Source: Octopus vulgaris
Taxonomy: Eukaryota
Length of the DNA stretch: 64,000 nucleotides
Assembly: GCA_951406725.2 (NCBI GenBank)
Contig: OX597831.1
Coordinates: 19,654,001 to 19,718,000 of the forward strand
Direction: 5' to 3'
Shown here: positions 27,793-41,321 of the stretch, one piece after another
How the letters are laid out: every line of letters starts with the position of its first letter
Position numbering within the stretch: position 1 is the stretch's first letter
Made by a program: the position numbers and the translations under genes
Notes under the pieces: generated by a model
The model's input: only the letters and a program-made list of their open reading frames with translations
What the model was told of the DNA's origin: nothing
Databases searched by the model: none

Positions 27793-28135
27793 TATTAGTG
27801 CGTAGGAGGGGTCTGGACGTGTGTATGTATAGGGTTGGTGTATGTATTAGTATGTATTAGTATGTATAAGGGTGTGTGTGTGTGTGTGTGTGTGTATGAG
27901 AGAGTATTAGTGCGTAGGATAGGTCTGGACGTGCGTATATATGGGGTTGGTGTATGTATTAGTATGTATTAGTATGAATTAGTACGTATTAGTATGTATA
28001 AGTGTGTGTGTGTGTGTATGAGAGAGTATAAGTGCGTATGAGGGGTCTGGACGTGTGTATGTATAGGGTTGGTGTATGTATTAGTATGTATTAGTACGTA
28101 TTAGTATGTATTAGTACGTATTAGTATGTATTAGT
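27793..28135. repeat. About 113-bp tandem repeat (3 copies) plus (TATGTATTAG)n inside the pLTR
   Basis: Unit begins 'tattagtgcgtagga..ggtctggacgtg'; mirrored at 29530-29866. Confidence 0.85.
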
Positions 28136-28520
28136 TGGTGTATGTATTAGTATGGCACATCATATATGATGTGATGTGTAAAGTCGTGTGGTGTAGTGAG
28201 GAGAAGAGGGGGAGGGGAGAAGAGAGGGGAGACGGGGAGGGGAGAAGAGGAGGGGAGAGGGGGAAAGGAGGGGGGAAAGGAAGGGGAGGAGGAGGGGGGA
28301 AAGGAAGGGGAGGAGGAGGGGGAGGAAAGAGGAAAGAGGGATAGGGGGAGAGAGAAGGGGAGTGAGGGAGCAGAGGGAAGGGGAAGAGGGAAGGAGGGAG
28401 GGAGAAAGAGGGAAGAAGGGAAGGGGAGTAGGGGTGAAAGGATGAAGGACTGAAGAAGTAGGGGTCGGGGGAAGGATAGGTGAAGAGGGGGGAGAGGGGG
28501 GTTAGATGAGGAGGGGGAGA

Positions 28521-29503
28521 GTTGAGACCAAATGGCGTATAAGAGCGAAGAGAGAAGATTAATTCCTGTTCACGGCGCAAACGGGAATCCGGATGGCCTC
28601 TGTGTAAGGACAAACCGAACACAGATAGGTGTTGCAAGGAGTGACCGGTGGAGCGGAAATGGCGTGAGACCGGTGTGTCGTTCGCAAGGTGGATGTCACG
28701 AAGGTGTTCCGCGAACCGGTCAGCCAAGCGGCGTCCCGTTTGTCCGATGTACAAGGAATTGCAGAGAGAGCAAGAGACGCAATAGATAATATTGCTGGAG
28801 GTGCAGGTGAAGGAGTGGATGATGGGATAGGGTCGATGGTGGGTGCTAGTGAGGCGGGTGGTGTTGGAGAGGTAAGGGCAAGTGCGGCAACGTGGGCAGG
28901 AGCAGGGGAACGAGCCGGGTTGGGAGGTAGGGTCAGGGAAGGAGCTATGGACCAAAAGGTCTCGAAGGTTGTGGGCTCGTTTGAAAGAGGGGAAGGGTCG
29001 GTTAGGGAAGAGGTGTGAAGTGGACGGGTCGGACTGGAGATGACGGAAAGCTCGAAGAATGGTGCGTTGGAGACGTAGGGTCGTGGGGTGGTAAGTGAGG
29101 GGAAAAGGGAGGCGGGAGACTACAGGGCGGGTTCGGGGAGAGAGAGCAGATACACGGTCCACGGACCGTGCTCTGGCAAGGGCGGTGTGGATAGTGGTGA
29201 GGGGGTATCCACGTAGGGTGAAGTGGTGAGCCATACGTTGAGACTGAGTCTCAAAGTCATGGTCGTCACTACAGAGCCTACGTAGACGGAGGAATTGGGA
29301 ATAGGGGATGGAAAGCTTGGTGTGTTCTGGGTGGGAGGAAGAGAAGTTGAGATATGAGTGTGAGTCTGTGTGTTTGTAGTGAATGGAGGTGGTAAGAGTG
29401 GAGTGAAGAATGCTAACCGAAATGTCGAGGAAGGAGACAGAGGTGTTGGACATAGTGGAAGTGAAGTGGAGGGCTGGATGGAAAGATTGGACGAAAGAGA
29501 GGA
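28521..29503 (-). CDS. Penelope-like RT C-terminus + Cys-rich linker + GIY-YIG endonuclease
   Basis: FHPALHFT, FLDI, YK.TD..YL.F.SSHP, SQFLRLRRLCS, linker CSCPRCRTC, IIYCVSCSLC..YIGQTGR.L..RF.EH, E..LI..L..PFGLN; downstream frame is low-complexity. Confidence 0.93.
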
Positions 29504-30036
29504 ATGATGTGCCATACTAATACATACACCAACTAATACATACTAATACGTACTAATACATACTAATACATACTAATACATACACCAACCCTATACATAC
29601 ACACGTCCAGACCCCTCATACGCACTTATACTCTCTCATACACACACACACACACTTATACATACTAATACGTACTAATACATACTAATACATACTAATA
29701 CATACACCAACCCCATACATACGCACGTCCAGACCTATCCTACGCACTAATACTCTCTCATACACACACACACACACACACACACACCCTTATACATACT
29801 AATACATACTAATACATACACCAACCCTATACATACACACGTCCAGACCCCTCCTACGCACTAATAGGTGGTCATTCAACCCTATTATCAACCCTATTAT
29901 CTCCCCTTATTTCGCTCTCGCGTCTCATGTTTGATCTTTGACCTCTGGCCGAAATCAGATCGCCATGTTGATTCGTTAGTTACTGCGCGCATTTTTATTC
30001 TCTCCTTCTTTCTGTGTTTTTTTTTCTCTCTGTGTA

Positions 30037-30074
30037 TCTTTCTGTTGAAGAGCGTAGGCTCGAAACGTTAAAGA
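30037..30074 (+). ncRNA. Minimal hammerhead variant in pLTR
   Basis: TCTTT-CTGTTGA-A-GAGC gtag GCTC-GAAA-CG-TT-AAAGA; palindromic ACGT stem III; A6U core variant. Confidence 0.7.
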
Positions 30075-30805
30075 CTTGTTTTATTTATATTTCCTGAGCG
30101 CCATACTAATACAATTGTTTGTTTGTTTTCCACCTGCCTTCGTCTTTTGTCTATTTTCATAAAGCTTCCCGTTATATATTATGCGCTCACGTGGTCTCAC
30201 TTTCATCCTCTATTCTACCAATACCACTATCAACACTTACCTCTACCTTGGATTTTCTTTACCTCTTGGATACTTACCATTGGCTGCACCTCTCTTTCGC
30301 GGAAATAAGTGACTTTGCATTGATGTAAATTTATATATATATATATTATTATTTTTATTTTTATTATAATTTTTTTTTTAATTAATTTTTCATTATATAT
30401 TTATTTAAATCTTTTTTTTTTCAAATATATATAACTATCGAAAAGTATTAAAAACACCTTTTTAATACTTTTTGATAGTTATATATATTTTTAAAAACTG
30501 AATTAAATAAATGTATAATTAAAAAAAAATTTTTTTAATATAAAATAAAGATAAAAATAAAAATTATAATAAAAATAAAAATACGATTATATATATATAT
30601 ATATATAAATTTATAAGTATAAATTAATAATTTTAAAAAATTTTTTTTAATTTTAACTTTAAATTTAAATAATTTTAATTTTGAATTTTTATATTTTATA
30701 TATTTTGTATATTATATTAATTAATTTATTTCCATGTTTTGGTTTATGTTTTTCACTGTTTGATTTACCTAATAGTGGTTTGATCTCTAATTTAATATAT
30801 ATATA

Positions 30806-33318
30806 ATGACCCGAAGGTCACATACTCTCAGGAATGAATCATTGCAAACAAGTACAGGTGGAGTCCCTGCTCAACCTCACCAATGCCTTATTCATGGAGC
30901 AAGTTGTACTCAAGCCAACTAGGGCAAATAACATTCTGGATCTCTGATTCACGAACAATATGGACATCATTCATCATGTGAAAGTGACACCGACATCAGT
31001 TTTGGATCACAACATAATAGAGCTGTCTATGTTTGGGCCGAAAGTAACCAGAGACATACAGCCTAAAGGAAGCACCCGAAATCTCTCCAATCTGAACTTC
31101 CACAAAGCAGATTGGAAATCTATCCAAAAAGAGATCCTCAGAGAGGACTGGCCGGAATGTCTCACCACACCAGACATTGACATGAAACTAGAATGTTTTA
31201 TGTCTTCTGTGCAAACCGTATGCCATAAATATGTCCCAGAGCACAAGGCCAAAACAAATAGGAGCAAGATTCCAAGAGACAGGAAGATCCTCATGAGACG
31301 ACGGACGGAGGTTGCAAATCGTCTCAAACAACATCCCAAAAGTAGCAAAACGTCCCGCCTAAAAACAACACTCTTGGAGATCGAAAAACGGCTGCAACAA
31401 TCCTATGTGAGGGAGAAAGCAGACAAAGAGGCCTGGGTTATAAAAAACATTAAATCAAACCCAAAGGCCTTCTTTCATTACGCGAAAGAAACAGTTTCAG
31501 TGCACTACAAGATAGGACCCCTCCTCCAAAAGGATGGCTCCCTCACAGATAGTCCAACTATGATCAGTGAGATGCTGAATGACCAGTTCAAAAGTGTTTT
31601 ACCACCCCGTTGGAACACAGACAAGTGAACGAACCAGTGGACTTCTTTGCCGCCTCACCTATAACCAACGAGGCGGTAACAATAGAATGTATTGACATTA
31701 GCGAAAAAGATGTCCTACTAGCCATAGATAAAGTGGACACAAACTCAGCTGCTGGTCCAGACGGTTTCCCAGCCATCCTTCTCAAAGCGTGTAAGCATGC
31801 CCTGGCAAAACCCCTCAAGATTCTCTTCCAGAGCTTTCTTGCGAATGGCAAACTGCCAAGCAAGCTGAAGGAGGGAATAATATGCCCAATACATAAAGGG
31901 GGAAGTAGAGCAGATGCCAAAAACTATAGGCCTATCTCTCTGACTTCACACATCAACAAAGTCATGGAACGGATAGTCAGAAAGAAACTAATCGCATTCC
32001 TTGAGAAAAATAACTTGCTAAGTAATACCCAGCATGGTTTTCGACCAGGTAGGAGCTGCCTGACCCAGCTCTTACAGCATTATGACTGGGTATTGAGGCA
32101 GTTACTCAGCAAATCAAATGTGGACGTAATCTACCTTGATTTTGCAAAAGCTTTTGACAAGGTGGATCATGGTATGATATGCCACAAACTACGTAACCTC
32201 GGCATAGCTGGAAAACTTGGAGTGTGGTTGCATGACTTCCTGAAAGATAGGAGTCAGGCAGTAGTGGTTAATGGAGCCACCTCTATGAACACACAAATAG
32301 TGAGCGGTGTTCCACAGGGCGCTGTCTTGGGACCACTGCTTTTTATAGTGGCCCTCTCAGATATGCCCTCAAATGCCCGGATAGCCACTCTGGCAAGCAT
32401 GCAGACGATACGAAAGTCTCGCAGAAAATACAGAACCCCAGCGACGTTGCACACCTGCAGCAGGAGTTGGACTCAATCTACAGATGGGCTGAGGATACTA
32501 ATATGCAGTTTAATGCTGAAAAATTCCAGGCCCTGCGCTACCAGCATCCAAAACTGAATATTAAACTTACAGAATACACCGGTCCACAGGGAATTTCAAT
32601 CCCAGAGCCTAAGTCTGTGAGGGACCTGGGTATCGACATGAGTGATGATACCTCTTTCCAAGTGTACATTACCAGGATGGCGACAAAGTGCAGACGACTG
32701 GCGGACATTCGTCCTCAGCCGCCTGGATTACTGCTCACAGCTATGGTCACCCACCAGTGTAAAATTAACAGCGGATCATGAAGCAATCCAGAGAAGATTC
32801 ACAAAGAAGATCGTCTCTTTGCAACAGCTCAGCTACTGGGAAAGGTTGAAACCGCTAAGACTCTTCTCCCTGGAGAGAAGACGGGAGAGGTATGCAGTAA
32901 TATATGTCTGGAAGAACCTGGAAGGAATTGTTCCAAATTTTGGCATTGTAAGCTACACCAATGCTAGAACGGGACGACACTGCATAGTGCCAAGGATCCC
33001 AGCAATGCCATCACGCTTCAGGACCAGCTTCTGCAACAGCCTGGGTTTCAAGGGCCCACAGCTTTTTAATATTCTCCCAAATAGTCTGAGGAACTTGCAC
33101 AAAGTAGATGTAGCGGTTTTTAAATCAAAGCTGGACATCTTCCTGTCAAGAGTCCCAGATGAACCTACCTCACGGCAAGAGGTACAAATGAGAGTAGCTG
33201 TATCAAACTCCATTCTTCACCAAGTGCCACATATTGGACGAGGTTCGTCGTAATAACAGTGTAGCACAAAACGGCGGTGCATCAGCATGGCCGCAGCTCT
33301 GAGCTGAAACTAGAAGAA

Positions 33319-33320
<2 letters not shown>
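30806..33320 (+). mobile_element. CR1-clade LINE, 5'-truncated and frameshifted; sister subfamily of 1-1990
   Basis: ORFs 30960-31628, 31610-32557 (RT: YLDFAKAFDKV, GVPQGAVLGP), 32467-32781 and 32642-33253; 3' stem-loop tail. Confidence 0.93.
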
Positions 33321-33396
<76 letters not shown>

Positions 33397-33800
33397 GCAG
33401 GGGTTGGATAAAATAATGGAAATAACTTAAAATTTCAAACAAATTTATTTTAATATGGGGTAGGACCACCTTTGGCAGTAATTACAGCTTGCATTCTACG
33501 AGGTATGAACTCATACAAAGTTTGAATTGTTTCCAAGGAAATTTTTGTCCATTCTTCAGCTAAAACTGTGTCCAATTCTTGTAGTGGTGTTAGTCGAGGA
33601 TATCGACTCATTACTTGTTTTTTCAGAAATGCACCATAAATGTTCAATAATTTTGATATCTGGGGGCTGTGATGGCCAGGCAAGATGTTCAACTTCACTA
33701 CAATGTTTCTCGTGCTATTAATTAACAACTTTAGCTGTGTGAAGTGGTGCATTATCATTCTGAAAGATTGCGTTTCCCTCCGAAAACAGTTCCATAACCA
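33397..33800 (-). mobile_element. Tc1 transposase 3' fragment with terminus
   Basis: C-terminus ..IQTLYEFIPRRMQAVITAKGGPTPY*; CAGGGGTTGGATAAAA terminal sequence. Confidence 0.8.
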
Positions 33801-34649
33801 TAGGATGAATTTCATCAGAGCGAGTACAGATATGAATAGCATATGAGAACCAGTATTAAGGAAGGATAAGGGAGTATTATTAGCTTTATAAGCCCTAAAA
33901 TTGACCGTATATTTACGCAAATATTGTAATTAAATGGAATTTGATATAATATATTTTAATAATCTTCAGTATTGTTAACAAAAATATGCTCAACTACTTG
34001 ATATATAAATAGCTGACTCTCACACTTTATAACGTTCTCCCCGCACTCACCCGTTTTTATCTATCTTTCTCTTTCGCTATATAAGATCTCTATCTTCTTA
34101 ACTACCATAACATCATCAATGACCTATTGTGTATCATATTTTCACGAGCACAAATATGTTGAATGTGTTTATTTATATACATATATGATAATAACGGTTT
34201 TCTAAGGAACGCTTGCATTCAAGAAAACACACACATCTGAGTTTATCGTAGGTTAGCCCACATGTCGTAATGTAACTTCATTTTTGAAATTCTTCCTGAA
34301 GAAGTACTCAATTGACTGGATTCAAATATGAAAATTTGAATTTCTTCTGTAACTGAATTGAATGGGAGCGGAAACAGCTGTAGGCGGGAATTTCTTTTTT
34401 CATCAATTTGAATGTCTTTATATAAATAATGGCTGTCAGCCAATTTTGTCTAGTTTCATCGTTTTCACATTCATAAAGTTGTTTTTTTTTAATGCCTATA
34501 CGTTTCAAGGATAAACTAATTTACTTGGTATTCAATGAACGCTGGTATAAACAGGAGAACTAGAAGGCCCTTATCCCTTAAGGGTCTTCACTTATTTGAC
34601 TAAATAAAATAAAATTATATCTATGTATATATATACATACACAGACATA

Positions 34650-35222
34650 ACAGAAGTAAATAGACACCCCATAAATCATCGTTTTATGTTTATTCTAACC
34701 TGTGAAGGTTTATATTTTTTTATATTAATTGACATTTTTATGTTTCAGGTTCTATGCGTGGCTGTTTAATCATTCCATGTACAAAAGAAGCCTTGGAACT
34801 GTCTGAATTTCAAAGAGGCTGTGTTGCGGGTCATTCTGAAGGTAAAATCGCAGAAAACCTTGGGATCCCATTTTCTACAGCTAATAGAGTGAGTGACTGT
34901 GCAATTCACCAGAGAGGGGAAGGAGTTCACATCATCTCGCCCTGATCAACCAGCGTCCACTGACAGGACCCTTCTCTTAGCTCAGAGAAGTGTGGGGAAT
35001 AATCCTCGTTGCAAGGACTCTGACAGAGCAGAACAAGTTGATGTCAGTCCCAGAACAGCTGTCAGGCATCTCCAAAAACTTGACTACTGTGGCAGAGCAG
35101 CAAGAAGGAAACCACTTCTTCGACAAGCTAACATGAAGCGGAGAAAAGATTGGGCCATTGAGATGGTGGGGAGGCCATTGGGATTCTGGGACAGTCATAT
35201 TCGCTGATGAGTACAGATTCAA
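34650..35222 (+). mobile_element. Tc1 transposase 5' fragment
   Basis: ELSEFQRG..KIAENLGIP, VSPRTAVRHL..AARRKPLL, VIFADEYRF (first catalytic D). Confidence 0.8.
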
Positions 35223-35276
35223 ATGTACTCGGAACTCGCCTGGCGAATCTCTTTGTATTAGTAGTAGTAGTAGTAA

Positions 35277-35343
<67 letters not shown>

Positions 35344-35694
35344 TATTGTTGTTGTGGTGGTAGTGGTGGTGGTGGTACTGATAGTGTTGGTATGGAAGTG
35401 CTGCTGTTGGTTGGTGTTTGTGTTGGTGGTGGGGTGATAGCGGTGGGGTGCTATTGATGGCTTTATTAGCCTCGTATCAATTCGGAGCGGTCTGGCCTAT
35501 GTTCAGGAGCAATCCAAGCGTGAGCATCGCGTCTCCTTTGTTATCTTTTTTGTGATCATATGTGAAATGCAATCAATATGTAAAATGAGTGAGATATGGC
35601 TGCTGTTTTTAGCGGATTGAACAACACCATATTAGGTCATTCATGTGAAATAAGTCTTGACGCAGGAATTCCATGGTTCATAGCGGCCCATCTT

Positions 35695-35920
35695 ATTTCT
35701 TTACTACCCACAAGGGGTCAAACATAGAGGGGACAAACAATGACAGACAAAGGGATTAAGTCGATTACATAGACCTCAGTGCGTAACTGGTACTTAATTT
35801 ATCGACCCCGAAAGGATGAAAGGCAAAGTCGACCTCGGCGGAATTTGAACTCAGAACGTAGCAGCAGACGAAATTCAGCGAAGCATTTCACCCGGCGTGC
35901 TAACGTTTCTGCCAGCTCGC
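35695..35920 (-). mobile_element. SINE family C
   Basis: Near-identical copy at 50750-50975; head also at 23464-23580; B-box-like GAGTTCAAATTCC. Confidence 0.8.
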
Positions 35921-36669
35921 TGTCCATCTACCACACTATCAGCCTTTATTCAAACATATTACTTAAGTCTAGATTATCCTATATCTCCCACTTTCATTAA
36001 AATAGTAGTGTGTGTTATGAGAGATTTTAGTTACTATTTCTTTTCACTTGGCAATTTTGTGTAAATCATGACCAATGTACTTACAAATGTACTTCTTACT
36101 CACTAAGATTTGGGCCCGATTTTACTGCCTGACATTTTCAGCAAATATTTTATCAAATGCAGAGCTCCAGCATGACAACAGTTTCTGGTTAAAAAAAGAG
36201 GTAAGGCTATTTGCATCATGCCTTGTGACCACATAAAGTACATATTTTTAGTTCTGTCTGAGCCTTCAAGGAAACGCTTGGAGTGTTACTGCTCTGGTTG
36301 AATGAAGCAGCCTCTGTAGGCGTAATCGTCTGACCCGTCAGAAGTAGCATAATCATTCCTATTGCCTTAAATATCCGAAGGACGCCGCATTATGTAATGC
36401 ATTCTGCTTAAGTTGCCCTTGAAAATACACTGCGAGTTTGACGCAATTCGAAGTCTTTGACATAAAGATCTTCTGGATCAAATTCTGATCAGAGTCGGAA
36501 AAGTAGCAAGAAAGAAAACAACAACAGCAATAACGACGACGATGACGAGAGTGATGATGACGATGATGATGATGATAATGACGAAGACAATAACGGCCCA
36601 ACAGCAACAAAAACAAGTGTAACAGAAAGTTTGAAAGAAAATGTTTCAAAAAACTTGAAGACATTTTAT

Positions 36670-36974
36670 CGGTGTGGCTGTGTTGTAAGAAGCTTGCTTC
36701 CCAACCACAAGAAGCCTGGTTTAGTCTCACTGCGTGGCACCAAAGACCAGGGCCTTACACTATGGCCTCGGGTAGACCAAAGCGCTGTGAGCGGATTTGA
36801 TAGACGGAAACTGAAAGAAACCGGTCGTATGAGGCTCCGAAGAAGCTATAAGATGTTACTCAATCCTTCAAGTATGAGTCCACCGCGGAAACAGCTGTAA
36901 GCCAATGAAGTTCATAAGATAATCGTTTATATCTTCGTCATCTCTATTTTCTTAAATGAATATATGTGTGTATT

Positions 36975-37020
<46 letters not shown>

Positions 37021-37262
37021 CGTGTATGTGTGTCTGCGTGCGTGTATGTGTGTGTGTCTTTGTGTCTGAGTTTGTCCACCACTAAAGCTTGACAACTGGT
37101 GTTGGTGTGTTTATTTTCCTATAACTTAACTGTTCAGCAAATGATTCCGATATAAGTTCCATGCTTTAAAATATAAGTATCCGGGTCGATCCGTTCCATT
37201 AAACGCCTATAAGTGGTGCCCCAGCAAGGCCGCAGTCTAATGACTAAATCAATTAAAAAGAT
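36670..37262 (+). mobile_element. SINE family A (diverged, interrupted)
   Basis: Head 36670-36830 and tail 37065-37262 match family A. Confidence 0.65.
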
Positions 37263-37704
37263 AAAAATGGGAAAAGGATTTTTTAAAAATTTAATCAGGA
37301 ACTGACAAGGATTTTTCTATGTGGTCATTCAAACTGCTAGAATTAGCAGCTAAATCCCTCACATGTAACTAAATATTCTACAAATTTTTGAAGGAAACGA
37401 CACATCTCTGAAAACAAACGTGTCGTGGCTGGAAGACTTTTGACAGCCGATTTATTCAGTCATCAGCTTAGATGGGGATATACGACAACAACAGTGATGG
37501 TGAGGGCTTTTAAAGGCTTCAAGTATTTTCTTATAAAAGATTTTAAAAATAGAACTCTCATAGTTTTCACTTGAAGAAAAACATCATGAATATTTAATAT
37601 GAAGCTGGCAGAGGGTGACACAGGATTAATGCGGGTGAACGAAAAGGTGAACTATCTACGTAAGTCTTTTTATCTGATTCCCAACTTTGTAAACGCATGT
37701 GAAA

Positions 37705-38343
37705 ACCTGTGACTTAGTGGTTAAATCATTTGGCTCACAATCGTAACGTCGCGAGTTCGATTCCCGGTGGCGCGTTATGGCCTTGACCAAAACACTTTAT
37801 TTCACGTTGTATGTATGTATGTATGTATGTATGTATGTATGTATGTATGTATGTATGTATGTATAAAGGCACACGACTTAGTGATTTGTGTATTCGGCTC
37901 CCGTCCACTCAGCTGGCAAAAATGAGTAGTACCTATATTTCAAAGGGTCGGCCTTGTCACATTCCGCGCCACATTGAATCTCCCTGAGAACTAACGTTAA
38001 CGGTACCCGTGTCTATGAAATCCTCAGCCATTTGCACCTTAATTTCGCCAACAGTTTCGTCTGTTGATCGGACCAACTGCAACACTTGTCGTAATCGACG
38101 GAGTGCCAGTTTTAAAAGCATGTGACCTCGTGGTTATGATCCTGCACTCATGATATTAAGATCCTGGTTTCGATTCCCAGAGTGAGTGGTGCGTTGTGTT
38201 CTTGGGTAAAACTCGTGATCTTACGTTGCTCCAATTCACTTAGCTGTAAATAGTAACCCTGTGATAAACCGGTGTCCTGATTACGTTGACCGTTGCGATC
38301 TCGTTCACTCTTAAGCCAGGAAAATTGGGTAACCGTGCTTAGG
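37705..38343 (+). mobile_element. Cluster of family-B-like SINEs
   Basis: tRNA-like heads at about 37705, 37866 and 38117; body similar to 25100-25310. Confidence 0.65.
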
Positions 38344-38352
38344 ACTCAAGAA

Positions 38353-38700
38353 AGAGTTGAGTTGAGACCCCACTTCGGTCATGACTGACCATGGGTGTGC
38401 ACCTAGAACGTTACCCTCCCAGGCACAACTCTCAGCAAGGTTGTTTATGAAAGACCAGCAGTCGCTCATGCATACCAGTCTCCCCTCCTTACACTACCGG
38501 TGTTATCCAAAGGAAAGGCAAAGGGGCCGATACAGCTTGGCACCTGTGATGTCGCAACTTATTTCTACAAATGAGTGAACTGGAACAACGTGAAATAAAG
38601 TGTCTTGCTCAAGAACACAACATGCAGCCCGGTCCGGGATTCGAACTCACAACCTCACGATCGTAAGCTCGACGCTCTAACCACTGAGCCATGCGCCTTC
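38353..38700 (-). mobile_element. Full-length tRNA-derived SINE with (CTCAA)n tail and 9-bp TSD
   Basis: Head GGCGCATGGCTCAGTGGTTAGAGCG..GAGTTCGAATCCC; TSD ACTCAAGAA at 38344-38352 and 38701-38709. Confidence 0.85.
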
Positions 38701-39336
38701 ACTCAAGAAGGAAACAACAATGGAATCGGCTACTTTAACTGATATTGAACGCGTGCATCAGGAATGTATAACTACATAGTCATTTGATCACATGCTAGAA
38801 ATAGCACCCAAATATGTATCGCTCATAAAATATAGAAATACGTGTTTCTGTGGGGGTGGGGCAAAGCTTGTTCAGGAATGGATCGTGTTTGAGAGCATAC
38901 ATGCTTGACGTAGGGTCAGACAACAACGACAACAACGAGAAGAGGAATAGCAACAATTACGCCTACGTAGAGGATATAGGAGTAACCGGAAGAGGAGGAG
39001 AATGTTGGGAGTAGGAAGAGGAGGTGAAGGATTGACGACGGTAAGAACCACAACAACAACAACAACCGCAACAACAATGACAAGGAGAAAGAGAAAGGCG
39101 ACTGATTTCCTTTCGTTTTAGCAATTGATATTTCTTTCGTATTTATGAAGTCATTGATACTGACGAGCAGAGATTCCTATTTCCGAATCCCATCACAACA
39201 CAGTAATTAGATATCCCCCCCCCCCCGGCCAGCCAAAGTCTGTGATCCTCGACTTATGATGCAAATCAGTCTCTGTTCTTCACCCATTCTTTCTTCCCTT
39301 CGTTCTTTCATCCTATCTGTCATCTCTTTCCCTATA

Positions 39337-39372
<36 letters not shown>

Positions 39373-39432
39373 TTTATATATATATATATGTATATATATG
39401 TATATAATGAATACACCCAGACACACATGTGC

Positions 39433-39478
<46 letters not shown>

Positions 39479-40864
39479 GCACATGTGTGTCTGTGTGTAT
39501 CCATTATATACATATTCTTTGATTGCTATTGTTTCAATATTTCTACACTATCCAACACGAAATTTACTTATCGCATTTCACGTGTTATTCTTCTGGTTAT
39601 CTCCTCTATATTTAATAATGTTTGCATAATGTGTATGCGTTTATCTATCTATCAATCTATCTTTCTATCTATTTCTCTATCTATCTATCGATCTATCTAT
39701 CTATCTCCCTATGTATCTACTTATGTGTTTGGTGCCTGGAGGAATCTAGGAATCTATGTATATCTATTATCTTTTTCTTTCTCTATTAATGAAAATGGGT
39801 TTTTACTATTATTTTATTTCATTCCATTTTTAACTTATTATCTATGTATTTAACTATCTGAAATATAGGATGTACTTTTTAATAAACATTTAATCACAGC
39901 CTCACTCTAAAACAAACAAAAAAATAAGAATAGAGATTACACTTCAGGATTTATTTCTCCTCCTACAGCAAAAATAAACGTGGAATCGATCTTATTTTCC
40001 CAGTTTTCTTTTAAATTTACTTGAGAAATTATACTCAGCACTTCCGCTGAATCCAGGTTTGTATACGCTATAAATAGTTATTAGTTATCTTTCCATGTTC
40101 AGAAAACTGGGGGTTTTTTTTCCTGCGATGGAGATCTAATAAAAATAGAAAGATTTAAGATCAAACACGACTCTGTATACGAAGTAACCGAAATGTGTGG
40201 CACTAACACTTGAGTTATATTAATAAACGAGCCATAGATTACATAAGAAGTGTCTTAAAACACAGTGTAATATACTTATGAATTAATTAATTCCCTTTGG
40301 CACCGCATGTACGGTAATGCACATAAGACAACATTTTTAGTCTGTCCACTTTTGTGTACGTTATAAAAAGTTCTCTAGTGGTCCGCCCATGGGCACGTCC
40401 TGTGTATGTGAACCTTCTCCAGCACTATACGATATGGTAGGGCCTGAATCCTCCTCTGCTGCCATTAAATAGATTGATAGAATTTCGGCTTCTACAAATA
40501 AGTCCCGGTTGAATACTTGAGTGATTTTCCCATTGCCTTCTCTAGACAGGAGAGATTTGAACTCAGAATGCATACAGCCGGAAGATAAACCGTAAAAAAT
40601 TTCTGCCGACGCGTCACCGATTCTGTCACTCTCACACCCGCATAGCAGCGTTAAATGAAGTGTTTTGCTCAAGAACACAACATGCTGCCCTATCCGGGAA
40701 TTGATACCAGGACCCAGCGATCGTGAGTACAGCACCCTAACCACTAGACCACAAATTCGTAATTTGATGAAGATCTAAACTAAAAGGAAGTTGCTGCAAT
40801 TAATCCCATTTTTCTACTCGGGAGAAATCTGAGGAATAACCACGTGCTTCAATTTTAGAAGCTA

Positions 40865-41081
40865 GGCTAGGCGTGGTTGTGTGGTACGAAACTTGCTCCT
40901 CAATCACATGGCTCTGGGTTCAATCCAACTACGTGGCACTTTGGCTGAGTGTGTTCTATTTTAGCTTCGGGCCCAGCAAAGCATTGTGACTGGATTTGAT
41001 AGACTGAAATTGAAAGATGCCAATCATATATATATATATATATGTGTATGTGTATGTGTGTATGTGTATGTGTGTACATGC

Positions 41082-41123
<42 letters not shown>

Positions 41124-41279
41124 TGACAATTTTGTCTTTTTTTCGGCATATTTGGCATTAGAATTTTTCTTTTGCCCTTATTTTGTAAATTATTTATAAA
41201 TTTAACGTTTAAAGGTATTTTTTGATATGCTGGCCATTAATAAAAATTTTTTCTCAAACAAAATTTTAGCCTACATTAG

Positions 41280-41321
<42 letters not shown>

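Larger units (their letters stand above)
27488..30172 (-). mobile_element. 5'-truncated Penelope-like element (Neptune-type) with 3' pLTR and inverted pLTR copy
   Basis: RT-thumb/GIY-YIG ORF; 29504-30172 is a near-identical reverse complement of 27488-28163; HHR in each copy. Confidence 0.92.
26970..30805. mobile_element. AT-rich inverted-repeat element (12075 family) hosting nested insertions
   Basis: 27050-27220 and 30605-30795 are diverged reverse complements; the left arm resumes at 27467 after the CR1 fragment. Confidence 0.7.

Noticed and set aside
27793-28135. CRISPR-like repeat-spacer array
   Set aside because: Units are whole tandem duplicates with microsatellite variation and no unique spacers; eukaryotic context
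28131-28520. Proline-rich C-terminal extension of the Penelope ORF
   Set aside because: Low-complexity purine/pyrimidine tract after the GLN end of the GIY-YIG domain
35202-35222. CTGATGA hammerhead core
   Set aside because: Encodes the Tc1 ADE motif; no GAAA or stems
38625-38700. tRNA gene on the minus strand
   Set aside because: No acceptor-stem closure; it is the head of a TSD-flanked SINE
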